Shown piece by piece: positions 52,793-64,000 of a DNA stretch of 64,000 bases. The stretch is from NCBI GenBank assembly GCA_964016885.1, contig OZ024762.1:7130001-7194000 (forward strand), in the 5' to 3' direction. Numbering within the stretch: position 1 is the stretch's first letter; each line of letters begins with the position of its first letter. The translations under genes were made by a program, and so were the position numbers. Under the pieces are notes generated by a model. That model did not search any database. It saw nothing but the letters and a program-made list of their open reading frames with translations, and was not told the DNA's origin. Source of the DNA: Eledone cirrhosa. Its lineage: Eukaryota.

Positions 52793-53480
52793 GTATATAT
52801 ATGTGTGTGTCTATATATATATACATGTGTGTGTGTGTATATGGCAATTTCTTATACTTTCTATTTTTTGTTTCGTTAAATGAGTCAGATTTTAGATTCC
52901 TTTATTTTCTTCATTCTCTTTTTCTTTTTCCTTTTTTCTTCTTTTTTTATACAAGAACAAGAGGAACCATTGATACTTGGCTTAGTGGTTAGGGTGTATG
53001 GCTATGGCTCACAATAGTAAGCTAAGGAATTCAATTCCCAGGCCAGGCGACACATTGTGTCCTCGAGCAAATAAATAAGAAAAACACTATTTTTCACTTC
53101 ACATTGCTCCATTCCACTCAAATGGAAAAAAAGAAGAAAATTTAGATGTTTCTGTAATTGAAAGGAACACCCATGTCACACACTGTCACATGCTGAATCT
53201 TCCTGAGAACTACTAAGTTTTGGGTACACGTGTCTGTGTATAACTGGGATTCACAAATTTCTTCGACCCTCTACTCCTTCTTGAAATCCTTGACCCCTCC
53301 TCAAAAGTCTTGTATAAATATAAATAAGTAAATATATAGTTCAGTAAATATGATATAAAATAGGCAATATAAAGTAGTTATATACATATTAGAAAGCTCT
53401 ATATAAGCAAGCACAAGAGCTGATAAAAAGGTGGATGAACTCCTCAAAATCAACGGCCATTCACCCCAACTATGGGTTAA

Positions 53481-53843
53481 CCCTTTAATGTTCAAACCGG
53501 CCCAAACCGACCAGAATTCTATACCTCTTTCTGTTGAAACTGGCTGTAACTGGTCACTCAAACTGATGTTAAGGTATTGTTATCAAAATAAATACTTTCA
53601 AAATCGCATAGATTCGATATTATGTGAGATATTATGTGAGGTAAAGCCTTTACCATGAAAATATAATAGTATATATAGAGTAATGTAAATGTTATATGAG
53701 ATATTATGTGAGGTAAAGCCTTTACCATGAAAATATAATAGTATATATAGAGTAATGTAAATGTTATGTGAGATATTATGTGAGGTAAAGCCTTTACCAT
53801 GAAAATATAATAGTATATATAGAGTAATGTAAATGCTAAAGGG
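53481..53843. mobile_element. piggyBac-like MITE containing 72-bp x3 tandem repeat
   Basis: TTAA|CCCTTTA...TAAAGGG|TTAA; a similar element lies at ~23965-24154. Confidence 0.7.
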
Positions 53844-53982
53844 TTAAACAACTTCACCAGCCTACAATTGGCCAAGTATGGTGAGTATGGCTCCACCTCT
53901 GACATAACCAAAGGCAAACTGAAAGTGCTGGAGGTCAACACGGAGAGGCTTCTCCAAACAGGAGTAAGAAGGCTCTGAATGG

Positions 53983-54047
<65 letters not shown>

Positions 54048-54246
54048 CAAAGGGGTATATATATATATATAATTAGACATAGTCACAGATACATATATGA
54101 GTTTCGCAACCTTTACATTTTAAACTTATAGCTTTGTTTAAATGATTTTTTATGTGGTTGACTTATACTGATTAGGAGAGGAAATACTGTATATATTTTA
54201 TATCTAATAGTTCTTCAGACTTGCAATTTTATATATATATATATAT

Positions 54247-54597
54247 GGAGGCACATGGCTTAGTGGTTAGAGCATTGGCCTTGCAATCGAAAGGTTGTGA
54301 GTTCAATTCTCAGACCGGGTGATGTGTTGTTTCCTTGAGCAAGACACTTTATTTCACATGGCGCCAGTTTACTCAGCTGTAGAAATGAGATGATAGGGAC
54401 TGGGGTCCATATCATTCCACTGCAAAGTGGCCGTGGAGGTGACATGGCAAAAAAGCACCCAGCACTCACTGTAAATGAGGTTGGTGTTAGGAAGGGCATC
54501 CAGCTGTAGAAATCAAGCCAGAATCAGTTCCCGTCCCACCCTTGCAAGCAGGGAAAAAGCGGACGTAAAATGAAATGATGATGATGATGATGATGAT
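54247..54597 (+). mobile_element. tRNA SINE family A, full length
   Basis: As above, with (GAT)n tail; inserted in (TA)n. Confidence 0.87.
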
Positions 54598-54996
54598 ATA
54601 TATATATAAATATAGAAACTATGGGTTAAATAGCCTCACCATCCCTGGATTGGATTGGATAGGATATAAGCAAGTTGTATTCATGTATTTTATATAGATG
54701 TCACTTTTTATACAGGTTTTGGCTACAAATTACCACACACTCTCCACCCATTTCATTCCCTGAATAGTTCAATTGACCCCTGGGGTTTAATATCAATCAT
54801 TGAAAGGAGCAATCATTTTGGTGTATACATTCAAACCTTCCATTATAATTTTAACCAGGGTAATAATGAGAAAGTTTCTTGATTGTTTTCAAAATTATTT
54901 GAAAACCATAGGCAGTGTCTCTCATTAGGAATGTAGTAATGAAAGGGTTAGACATATACTTAGTTTGAATATGTAATCTTGTTTAACTTACGTAGG

Positions 54997-55062
<66 letters not shown>

Positions 55063-55065
55063 CTA

Positions 55066-55097
<32 letters not shown>

Positions 55098-55384
55098 AAT
55101 AAACATATATATATAACATATATATATATATTTGAAAAAAAGGAAAAGAATGACTTCACTTATAGTGTTAAAAAACTTTTTAATTTAATTTTATAATATT
55201 ATAATATTATAAAATTAAATTAAAAAATTTGTCAACACTACAAGTGAAGTCATTCTTTTCCTTTTTCTCAAATATACCTAACTGCCAAAGATCTCAGACA
55301 TTTTCCAATATATATATATATATATATATAATATATATATAAACATTATATATATATTTTGTATATATATATGAATATATGTAT

Positions 55385-55472
<88 letters not shown>

Positions 55473-55734
55473 TTCGAACACAGGATGTATTGAGCACTTT
55501 AATGATATTATGTGTTTCATCCTTGTTCCATTCTTTCTGCTTCCATTTCCATACATTTTCTCTGACAGTTGATCGAAATATCACAAAACGAAGAACAACA
55601 AAAACCAAACATGCTAACTTGTTTTGCATGAAATTATTAATACAACCTGTTCTATGCATGTCGCACATGTCACACCTCACCTAGTTAACATATCTTCATC
55701 ACTACCACTGCCTTTGCCATCATTATCATCATCA

Positions 55735-56340
55735 CAGTTCAAATCCCGCCGAGGTTAACTTTGCTTTTCATCCTTACGGGGGTCGATAAAATAAAGTACC
55801 AGTAATGTACTGGGATAATTGCTGGCCTTGTGCCAAAAGTACGATGAGTTCAAATCCCGCCGAGGTTAATTTTGCCTTTCATCCTTACGGGGTCGATAAA
55901 ATAAAGTACCAGTAATGTACTGGGATAATTGCTGGCCTTGTGCCAAAAGTACGATGAGTTCAAATCCCGTCGAGGTTAACTTTGCCTTTCATCCTTACGG
56001 GGTCGATAAAATAAAGTACCAGTAATGTACTGGGTAATTGCTGGCCTTGTGCCAAAAGTAGAAAAAATTATTATTATTATTATTATTGGGTAGTGGATTG
56101 GCAGTAGCGGTAGAGCGTCAGACACCGGCATAGAGTTACGGCCCTTTACATTCTGAGTTCAAATCCCATTGAGGTTAGCCTTGCCTTACATCCTTATTGG
56201 GCGGTAAATTAGCAGTATCGGTAGAGCGTCAGACACCATTCTTCGTGGCATAGAATTATGGAGGAGGGTAGAGTGGCTGTAACTGGAAGAGCGTCAGACA
56301 CCCTGCTTCACAACATAGAGTTACGTCCCTTTATGTACAA
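55735..56340 (+). mobile_element. cluster of SINE B pieces: three tandem 3' halves, then three 5' heads
   Basis: ~114-bp unit x3 (55735-56085), then repeated gcagtagcggtagagcgtcagacacc heads. Confidence 0.8.
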
Positions 56341-57063
56341 GTATTTACCAACAAACAAGTTACCCCTTGTGAAGGTTGAGTGGCTTCATGGTTAGGGTGT
56401 TGGACTCATGATCATAGTCATGGTTTCAATTCCTGGGCCAGGCAGTGTGTTGTATTTGTGAGCAAGATGCTGCATTTCAGGTTGCTTTTCATGATAGAAT
56501 TGGGACCCAAAACACCAGTGAAACCTCCTATGCTATACAACCACGTAGGAGACCATCTAAACCTACATAAGCTGTAACCACCCACCTTAGTTGCTATTGT
56601 GTTTCTTACCTCTTATTAAGGACCACTAGGGACCATTAGGGACCTTCATTTGTGCAATGGACTCCAACTGTTTTTTTTTAAATTCATTTATTCATTTATT
56701 TATTTATTTTTTGGAATCATTACTAGTTCTTTTGTTATTATTTATTTAGTATTTATTTTATTTTTTAATATTAAAAAAAATTATTTTGCTGAATTTTAAT
56801 TTTGTTGTTTTTGTTGACTGTTGCATTGTTTTGAATGAAGTATTTCACAGGTTTCAGCTCTCTAACACCACCACCAACACCACCACCACTACAACCCCCA
56901 TCAAAACCACCATCTTCATTACCATCTCCTCCACACCACCACCATCTCCACCACCAACATCTCCAACACCACCACCACCACCACCATCTCTACCACCAGC
57001 ACCACCACTATCTCCAACACAATCCTCTCCACAGCATCACCATCATCTCCACCACCATCCCCT

Positions 57064-57102
<39 letters not shown>

Positions 57103-57274
57103 AAGGTTTCATATACACCCCCTCCTTGCTCACACACCCCCAGCATGCTAGGAATATAGATATAGCATTCGTTAGCTGTTCAATCGTTATCTGCTGCTAA
57201 TTTACTTATTTGTTGTTGTTGTTGTTTTATATTCATCATCATCATCATTAACATCATCATTATTATTATTGACA

Positions 57275-57468
57275 AGGTGGATTGGCAGTATCGGTAGAGG
57301 GTCGGACGCCATGCTTTCCAGCATAGTTACGTCCCTTTACGATCTGAGTTCAAATCCCGCCGAGGTTGACTTTGCCTTTCATCCTTACGGGGTCGATAAA
57401 ACAAAGTACCAGTAATGCACTGGGTAATTGCTGGCCTTGTGCCTAAAGTAGAAACAATTATTATTATT
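57275..57468 (+). mobile_element. tRNA SINE family B, full length
   Basis: A box tggcagtatcgg, B box gagttcaaatcc, central gcctttcatccttacggggtcgataaaa..agtaccagt, (ATT)n tail. Confidence 0.85.
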
Positions 57469-57883
57469 GACAAGTACATAGAAGGAAAATGATTTCATCA
57501 ATCCCAAAATAGCCTTTTCAATTAGAATTTAGTGTAGCGTTTAATTTTAATTGATTTATTTATTTATTCCTTTATTTGAGGAAAGCATGTGGCTTAGGGT
57601 GTTGAGCTTATGATCTTAGGACAGTGAGTTCGATTCCTGGAGCAGGTGGTTAGTTGTGTCAGTGAACAAGACACATTGCTCCAGTCTAATCAAGTTGTGG
57701 CCTCATTGGTGCATAGTTGTTTGCCTTTCCCATGGACATCATCAGTGGCATGGAGAAGGGAGACATGTGTATGGGAAACTAACTGCTGGTCTTTTACAAA
57801 AAATAAAACTACCCTGTCCAGACTTATGTCTTGGAGGGAAACTCCTTGGTCAGTCTTGACCAAATAAAGCCTTTATTTGTTTA

Positions 57884-58222
57884 CAGTGGAACCTCGGTTG
57901 ACGAACTTAATTCCTTCCTGAAGGTTGGTCATCATTCGAAATGTTCATAAGCCTAAGCTATTTTTTCCATACAAAACATTGAGAGAAATACAGTGAAGGA
58001 GACATTGCATGTGAAATACAGATAGATATCACCATAGTAACTAACTAAACAACAAGTGACCTTTTCCTACCTATATTCCAAGCTTGTTGCCAACCGTTGT
58101 TGCCAGCTTGTGTGTTCATTTTTCGAAACACTGTTCGTGAACTGATATATTTTATGTTCGGAAAAGTGTTCATGAACCAATTTGTTTATGATGAAATGTG
58201 TTTATGAAGCGAGGTTCCACTG
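57884..58222. mobile_element. Tigger/pogo-like MITE
   Basis: TIR CAGTGGAACCTCG...CGAGGTTCCACTG with TA on both sides. Confidence 0.85.
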
Positions 58223-58577
58223 TATTTATTTATTTTACATAAAATCTGGTTGAGTAGAAAACAGTAAGAATTCAAAATGAGAAAAGTTGCTCTGTAAGAT
58301 TTCAAAATGAGATAAGGCCCTATATAAGATTTCAAAATGAGATAAAATGCTATATAAGATTTCAAAATAAGATATCTCAAATTAATTTCTTGAAATTTTA
58401 AAAGATTTTTTTTTTTTTCGTTTATAAAATAAAAGTTACATTTGTGTAGAGTAAAATATGAGTATATTTTCATTGTGCCACAAACCTGTTTAAGGTCACC
58501 AGCTTAGCTAATGTATTAAATAAACCAAATGGTTCAGCATTTAATTTTGGGGTTGTTGTTGGTATATCTCATTCCAG

Positions 58578-58756
58578 ATATAGGGGTGCATATTAAGAAC
58601 CATCTGGTCTTGTTCAGTGATTCCCATGGAAAGGTTCACATGGTTTTCACAAACAGCACCCAGAAAAAGGAAGACATCTACCCTACGGTGAAAAACCCAC
58701 AAGCTATCACCATCGACTGGCTACACAACAAGGCTTACATCGCTGGTAATCATGAG
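58578..58756 (+). CDS. ROS1: ROS1-like exon, YWTD propeller (DIGVHIKNHLVLFSD...PQAITIDWLHNKAYIA)
   Basis: ttccag acceptor, GAG|gtgagt donor; phase 1-0. LDLR class B-like AITIDW motif; follows a ~20-kb intron. Confidence 0.9.
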
Positions 58757-58820
58757 GTGAGTCTATCTACCTTTCTATCTATCCACCTATATATGACAAC
58801 TTATCTATTTCTTGTTGCCT

Positions 58821-58863
<43 letters not shown>

Positions 58864-59625
58864 TTATATATTGTTATACTTTGGGAGGGTCATATTGCCA
58901 ATAAAAACACATGCACCTGTTGGTTTTCACTTCAATTTATTATAAATTTCCGGTTGGTTGGTTGGTTGGTTCGATAACCAGAAAGTTGTTTATATATTGT
59001 CAAAGCTATTTTGTCATACAGGAGAGACACACAAAATAAAAACCTAGTCCATCTGCTTATCTATCTGTTTCTATGAGTCTAGCTATACATCTATCTGTCT
59101 GTCAGTCCATCAGTCTATCTGTCAGTCATCAATTCTTCCCCAAGATATGTGACCTAGTAGGTAGGGGTTGGGCTGACTATGAAATAAATATTATTTGGAG
59201 ATAACAAACCTTGTAATATTCTAAATTTCTCACTAAAACAAAAACAAACAATATTTATTTTGACTCAAAGAACAACATTTTTAGAGGATGCCTCCATCTC
59301 AAAACCCATATTCAACAAATTCGATTGATTTTCAACCACTTTAATTTGATTTAAATACTTCCGTTATATCTTTTCATTCTCTTTCCACACTTACATAATA
59401 CAATATAGCTTCTATAGTACTCTACTCCATACCTTAATAAATATTACCATCTCTATATTACATTCCACCACATAATACAATACTTCTGCTCTAATATACT
59501 AATACTAACACGTGAATGATTTCACATTTTAAATTTACATCTTGGAGTTGTTTCCCTTTGGATTAATGCATTTTTTCGTAAACTAGCGTTCTTAGCAAAA
59601 TTTACTTTCAACGCTGAACTTGTAT

Positions 59626-59713
59626 AAGCGCCTGAAGAAAGGTCACAAATTTGACACCTCTTGTATTCTAGTGGTATGGTCAATATTGGGCCTTGAAACC
59701 TTAGGTAGCGCTT
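59626..59713 (+). ncRNA. type I hammerhead ribozyme motif
   Basis: Stem I AAGCGC/GCGCTT; CTGAAGA 59632-59638; stem II AAGGTC/GGCCTT extended by CAAATTTGAC/GTCAATATTG; GAAA 59695-59698; stem III CC-TTA-GG; GUA triplet. Confidence 0.78.
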
Positions 59714-59765
59714 TTGTTCTGTGTATGAACATAAATAAATGATATAATGTTTATATCATTTATTT

Positions 59766-60079
59766 ATGTCTTGGAGGGAACACCCAACAAATAAGGATCT
59801 CTATGGCAATATACCACCTATCAGCAGGTCAATACGTGGACAGAGACTCAGATTTGCTGGCCACTGTTGGCGCAGCAAGGAAGAAATAGCAGGTGATGTG
59901 TTGTTATGGAGTCCATCTCATGGAGCAAGAAATGCTGGTCGTCCCAAGAAGACATACGTCAAGCAACTTGAGGACGATACTGGATGCACTGTGGAAGAAC
60001 TGGCAAACGCTATGAGAGACAGAGATGGATGGAGGAAACATGTCGTAGAAAGCCGAGCAAGCTCGACCTGATGATGATA
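59766..60079 (+). mobile_element. RTE-family 3' fragment
   Basis: SWREHPTNKDLYG..RLRFAGHCWR..GRPKKTY..DTG..AMRDRDGWR; the stop is the first unit of the (TGA)n tail. Confidence 0.85.
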
Positions 60080-60110
60080 TTTATATATGATAAACTTTTA
60101 ATTGCTTCAG

Positions 60111-60208
60111 ATTTACCAATGCCTACTTCCTCCTGATTACGATTGTCACCTGGTCATGGAACACCTGCAATCCCGTCCGTCTGATATTAAGGTGGACCCT
60201 ATTAATGG
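60111..60208 (+). CDS. ROS1: ROS1-like exon, propeller (IYQCLLPPDYDCHLVMEHLQSRPSDIKVDPING)
   Basis: ttgcttcag acceptor, GG|gtaagt donor; phase 0-2. P..I.VDP.NG motif. Confidence 0.9.
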
Positions 60209-60513
60209 GTAAGTTATAGATATATCACCTTTAAACAATTATCATGATTATATGTGTGTCTCTATGTATGTCTGTCTGTCTATCTCCATGTCTGTCTGTC
60301 AGTCTACATCTATATCATAAGAAGAAAACACACAAATCATGTCACCACTATTTTGTGCTAGTTTATCTGCTAATTTCAGCATGTATGTACTTTGATATAT
60401 TTCTTCCTACTTCTCTCTCACACAGTGTTGACAAGATGATCAGCAGTAGAACAGCTTTCTATAGCTACCTACCTATAAATATATATATCTATCTACCAAA
60501 CTATCTCTCTCTT

Positions 60514-60564
<51 letters not shown>

Positions 60565-61135
60565 ATATCTATCTATCAGTCTCTCTATCTGTCTGTCTAT
60601 CTCTATCTCTCTATATATCTATCTTTCTATCTAGTATTTATTATATACTTGATCATTAATGCAGGAGAAACTAAACAAATATATTGATTTAAGAACACCA
60701 AAAAGGAAGACATTTTATCTATTTTATGTATTTTGTGTCACCTGAACTAGTATCATCCAACCCCAACTAACTTAGCCTCCACCTCTTGTTCCTGGCTGAG
60801 AGGGTGGAGAATACATTACCCCAGAGGATGGTGAGGGAGACACGCTACAACAGCCACTCTACCTCATGAGGTTCACACTTGCAAGCAGCCAACTCCACTC
60901 CGATAGCAGTGAGCAGGGACATGGTCCAGGGGCCACACAGGAAGTCTCCACATCGTTATTGTGTCATTATTGTATTATTATTGTATCATTATTGTATCAT
61001 TATTGTATAATTTCATTTGATTTTTTTTTTTTTGTATTTTTGTAATTTCTTTCTTTTGTAAAAATTTTGTTTATTTGTAATTTTTTTTCGTAAATATATT
61101 TTTGTAAATTTATTTTTTGTAAATTTGTTTCCCAG

Positions 61136-61557
61136 TTTCCTGTATTACACTCAGAGTGGTCACAGCAATGGAATCTTCCGGGTTGACTTAGATGACATTG
61201 AAAATAATAAAACGGTTTATCCGATGCAGATTGTAAATAACAAACAGGACTCGTTCACAATTGACTTTGAGAACATTCAGCTTTATTTTGCCGACAGTTC
61301 GTTAAACACAATCATGTCAACATTTCTGAACGGAGAAGGGCTCAACAACATTCGGCCAAATGCTGTGAAAGCAAACTTCAACAACATCAAAAGCATCGTA
61401 TTCTTCCACGGCTCCTTTATTTGGACAGATGGACAGAAAGTCCTGAAAGAAGTATATGACCAGCATGGAGACAAATACCATTACAATACCATCCACTTTG
61501 AAGAAAGTCCATTTTGTGGCTTCAACATGTTTCATTCATCAGCCCAACCATTGCCCG
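61136..61557 (+). CDS. ROS1: ROS1-like exon, propeller end (FLYYTQSG...MSTFLNG...WTDG...QPLP)
   Basis: tttcccag acceptor, G|gtatgt donor; phase 2-1. Part of ORF 61125..61565. Confidence 0.92.
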
Positions 61558-61574
61558 GTATGTAGTTTAACTTT

Positions 61575-62335
61575 GGTCTTTGTTTTTGTTTATTGGGGGT
61601 GGAGGTCTTTTTTTTTTTAGGGGGAAAGGGGATGTTTGGGGTGGGTGGGATAGAAGGGTTGGAGGGAAGGGGTATTTTTCTTTTGTTTATTGGGGGTGGA
61701 GGTCTTTTTTTTTAGGGGGAAAGGGGATGTTTGGGGTGGGTGGGATAGAAGGGTTGGAGGGAAAGGGTATTTTTCTTTTGTTTATTGGGGGTGGAGGTCT
61801 TTTTTTTTAGGGGGAAAGGGGATGTTTGGGGTGGGTGGGACAGAAGGGTTGGAGGGAAGGGGTATTTTTCTTTTGTTTATTGGGGGTGGAGGTCTTTTTT
61901 TTTAGGGGGAAAGGGGATGTTTGGGGTGGGTGGGATAGAAGGGTTGGAGGGAAAGGGTATTTTTCTTTTGTTTATTGGGGGTGGAGGTCTTTTTTTTTAG
62001 GGGGAAAGGGGATGTTTGGGGTGGGTGGGACAGAAGGGTTGGAGGGAAGAGGTATTTTTCTTTTGTTTATTGGGGGTGGAGGTCTTTTTTTTTAGGGGGA
62101 AAGGGGATGTTTGGGGTGGGTGGGACAGAAGGGTTGGGGGAAGGGGTATTTTTATTTTGTTTATTGGGGGTGGAGGTCTTTCTTTTTTAGGGGGAAAGGG
62201 GATGTTTGGGAGGGTGGGACAGAAGGGTTGGGGGGAAAGGGTGTTTTTCTTTTGTTTATTGGGGTGGAGGTCTTTCTTTTTTAGGGGGAAAGGGGATGTG
62301 GGGGGAAGGGGTGTTTTTCTTTTGGTATTGTGGTG
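61575..62335 (+). repeat. 95-bp G/T-rich minisatellite x~8
   Basis: Period of 95 (e.g. 61690, 61785); many G-tracts. Confidence 0.92.
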
Positions 62336-62489
62336 GGGTGTTCTTTTTTTACTTCAACTAATTGCAGCAGACAGAACATCTTGATGGCTATGGCTGAAGA
62401 GTGTCCAGTTGGATTAAGTCAGTAGTATGTATTATAACACTTGGACACAGACTGACACATGATCAACCTCAGTTGGATCAACCTCCTCT

Positions 62490-62908
62490 TGGATGAGGGG
62501 AACTGTGTTGTAAGACCGTTTGAAACACCCAGTGACTCCAAGATACAACACTGAGGATATATCCTACAGTTGGTTCACCTGGATGAAGGTGACTATGTTG
62601 TAAGACCTGAGACAATCAGTGACTCCAGAATACAACACTGATGATGTGTCCTGCAGTTGGTTCATCTGGATGAAGGTGACTATGTTGTAAGACCTGAGAC
62701 AATCAGTGACTCCAGAATACAACACTGATGATGTGTCCTGCAGTTGGTTCATCTGGATGAAGGTGACTATGTTGTAAGACCTGAGACAATCAGTGACTCC
62801 AGAATACAACACTGATGATGTGTCCTGCAGTTGGTTCATCTGGATGAGGGTGACTATGTTGTAAGACCTGAGACAATCAGTGACTCCAGAATACAACACT
62901 GAGGATAT
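62490..62908. repeat. 87-bp minisatellite x~4.5
   Basis: Period of 87, seen as a 29-aa repeat in the spurious ORF. Confidence 0.9.
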
Positions 62909-63149
62909 ATATGTCCATGGTTTTGCATCAGTTGATATGTGAAAAGTGTTCTAGGTTGTTGAGTCACACTCATGTGTCATGTGACTGATCACATGTTTAG
63001 GGGCGGAGCTAAAATATTTATATATGGTAGTTGTTGAGTTGCTCATATGTGTCAAATAAGCTCTGAGATCAGTTGTTGAGAGTGAAGCTATTATGAATGT
63101 TTAAATGATGATGATGATGATGATGATGATATGAATATATTCTTTACAG

Positions 63150-63242
63150 TTCCAACAAATCCACCAAGCATGTTTTCAGTGTTGTTCTCAGACACAAGAG
63201 CTGATATACGATGGAGAAAACCACAAAAACTTATATACCAAG
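63150..63242 (+). CDS. ROS1: ROS1-like exon, start of next FN3 (VPTNPPSMFSVLFSDTRADIRWRKPQKLIYQ)
   Basis: ttctttacag acceptor, AG|gtgagt donor; phase 1-1. SVLF...W.KP as recalled for ROS1. Confidence 0.88.
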
Positions 63243-63392
63243 GTGAGTAACAAGAAATTATTCCACTTTCACAAGTAATTATCTTAAATCCTTCCCTTAC
63301 TATATTCACAATGGTGGACTTACCTTTGAGCTACATAAGCTTTAGCTTAGGCCCACATACCCTCATTATATATATATTTATATATATATAAT

Positions 63393-63780
63393 GAGGGTGG
63401 ATTGGCAGTATCGGTAGAGGGTCGGACGCCATGCTTTCCAGCACAGTTACGTCCCTTTACGATCCGAGTTCAAATCCCGCCGAGGTTGACTTTGCCTTTC
63501 ATCCTTACGGGGTCGATAAAATAAAGTACCAGTAATGCACTGGGTAATTGCTGGCCTTGTGCCTAAAGTAGAAACAATTATATATATATTTATATAGTTA
63601 ACCTCGGCGGGATTTGAACTCAGACCATAAAGGGCCTTTTCAACGAAGAGTTACGGCCCTTTATGGTCTGAGTTCAAATCCCGCCGAGGTTAACTTTGCC
63701 TTTCATCCTTACGAGGTCGATAAAATAAAGTACCAGTAATACACTGGGATAATTGCTGGCCTTGTGCCAAAAGTAGAAAC

Positions 63781-63785
<5 letters not shown>
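63393..63785 (+). mobile_element. SINE family B full copy plus partial copy with 5' fold-back
   Basis: Near-identical to the 57275 copy; second partial copy at 63597-63785. Confidence 0.85.
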
Positions 63786-63821
<36 letters not shown>

Positions 63822-64000
63822 TATATACACAATTTCTTCTTCTTCTTCTTCTTCTTCCCCTTCTCCTCCTCCTACCTTCCACTTATTCCTGAGAGGGTCA
63901 TGGGGGCAGAATCCTCAAACACTCCTCCTTCATGCAGGTCCTGTCAGAAGCAACCATCTCCAGTTGATCTGGCTGGGTTCGTAGTCAAAACTAACCAACT

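Noticed and set aside
62388-62462. CTGAAGA followed by a GTGTCCA/TGGACAC stem
   Set aside because: GAAA is absent (AGAC) and there is no convincing stem I or III; at best a decayed motif.

Overview
AT-rich, microsatellite-laden animal genomic DNA, most likely octopus/cephalopod (inferred from the SINE/LINE repertoire). The only host gene is a + strand ROS1/Sevenless-like receptor tyrosine kinase. Eleven GT-AG exons from 26835 to 63242 join in phase into one open frame: Cys-rich N-terminal segment, two FN3 domains, a YWTD-type beta-propeller and the start of the next FN3. The start codon and kinase domain were not found in the window. The rest is intronic or flanking repeat DNA: a young 5'-truncated RTE LINE (about 12319-15124) with an intact RT that contains an inserted C4HC3 PHD finger; a CORE-type tRNA SINE sharing its 3' tail with that LINE; a second tRNA SINE; CR1, RTE, R4/Dong and Tx1-like fragments; Tigger-, piggyBac-, hAT- and Helitron-like non-autonomous elements; and many minisatellites. 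The most notable non-obvious signal is at least seven type I hammerhead ribozyme motifs of the minimal Penelope/retrozyme kind, in three sequence families. Five belong to a ~270-nt element that sits in (TA)n and carries a 5' fold-back inversion, giving ribozymes on both strands of long hairpins. All calls are by eye; no database search or folding program was run.
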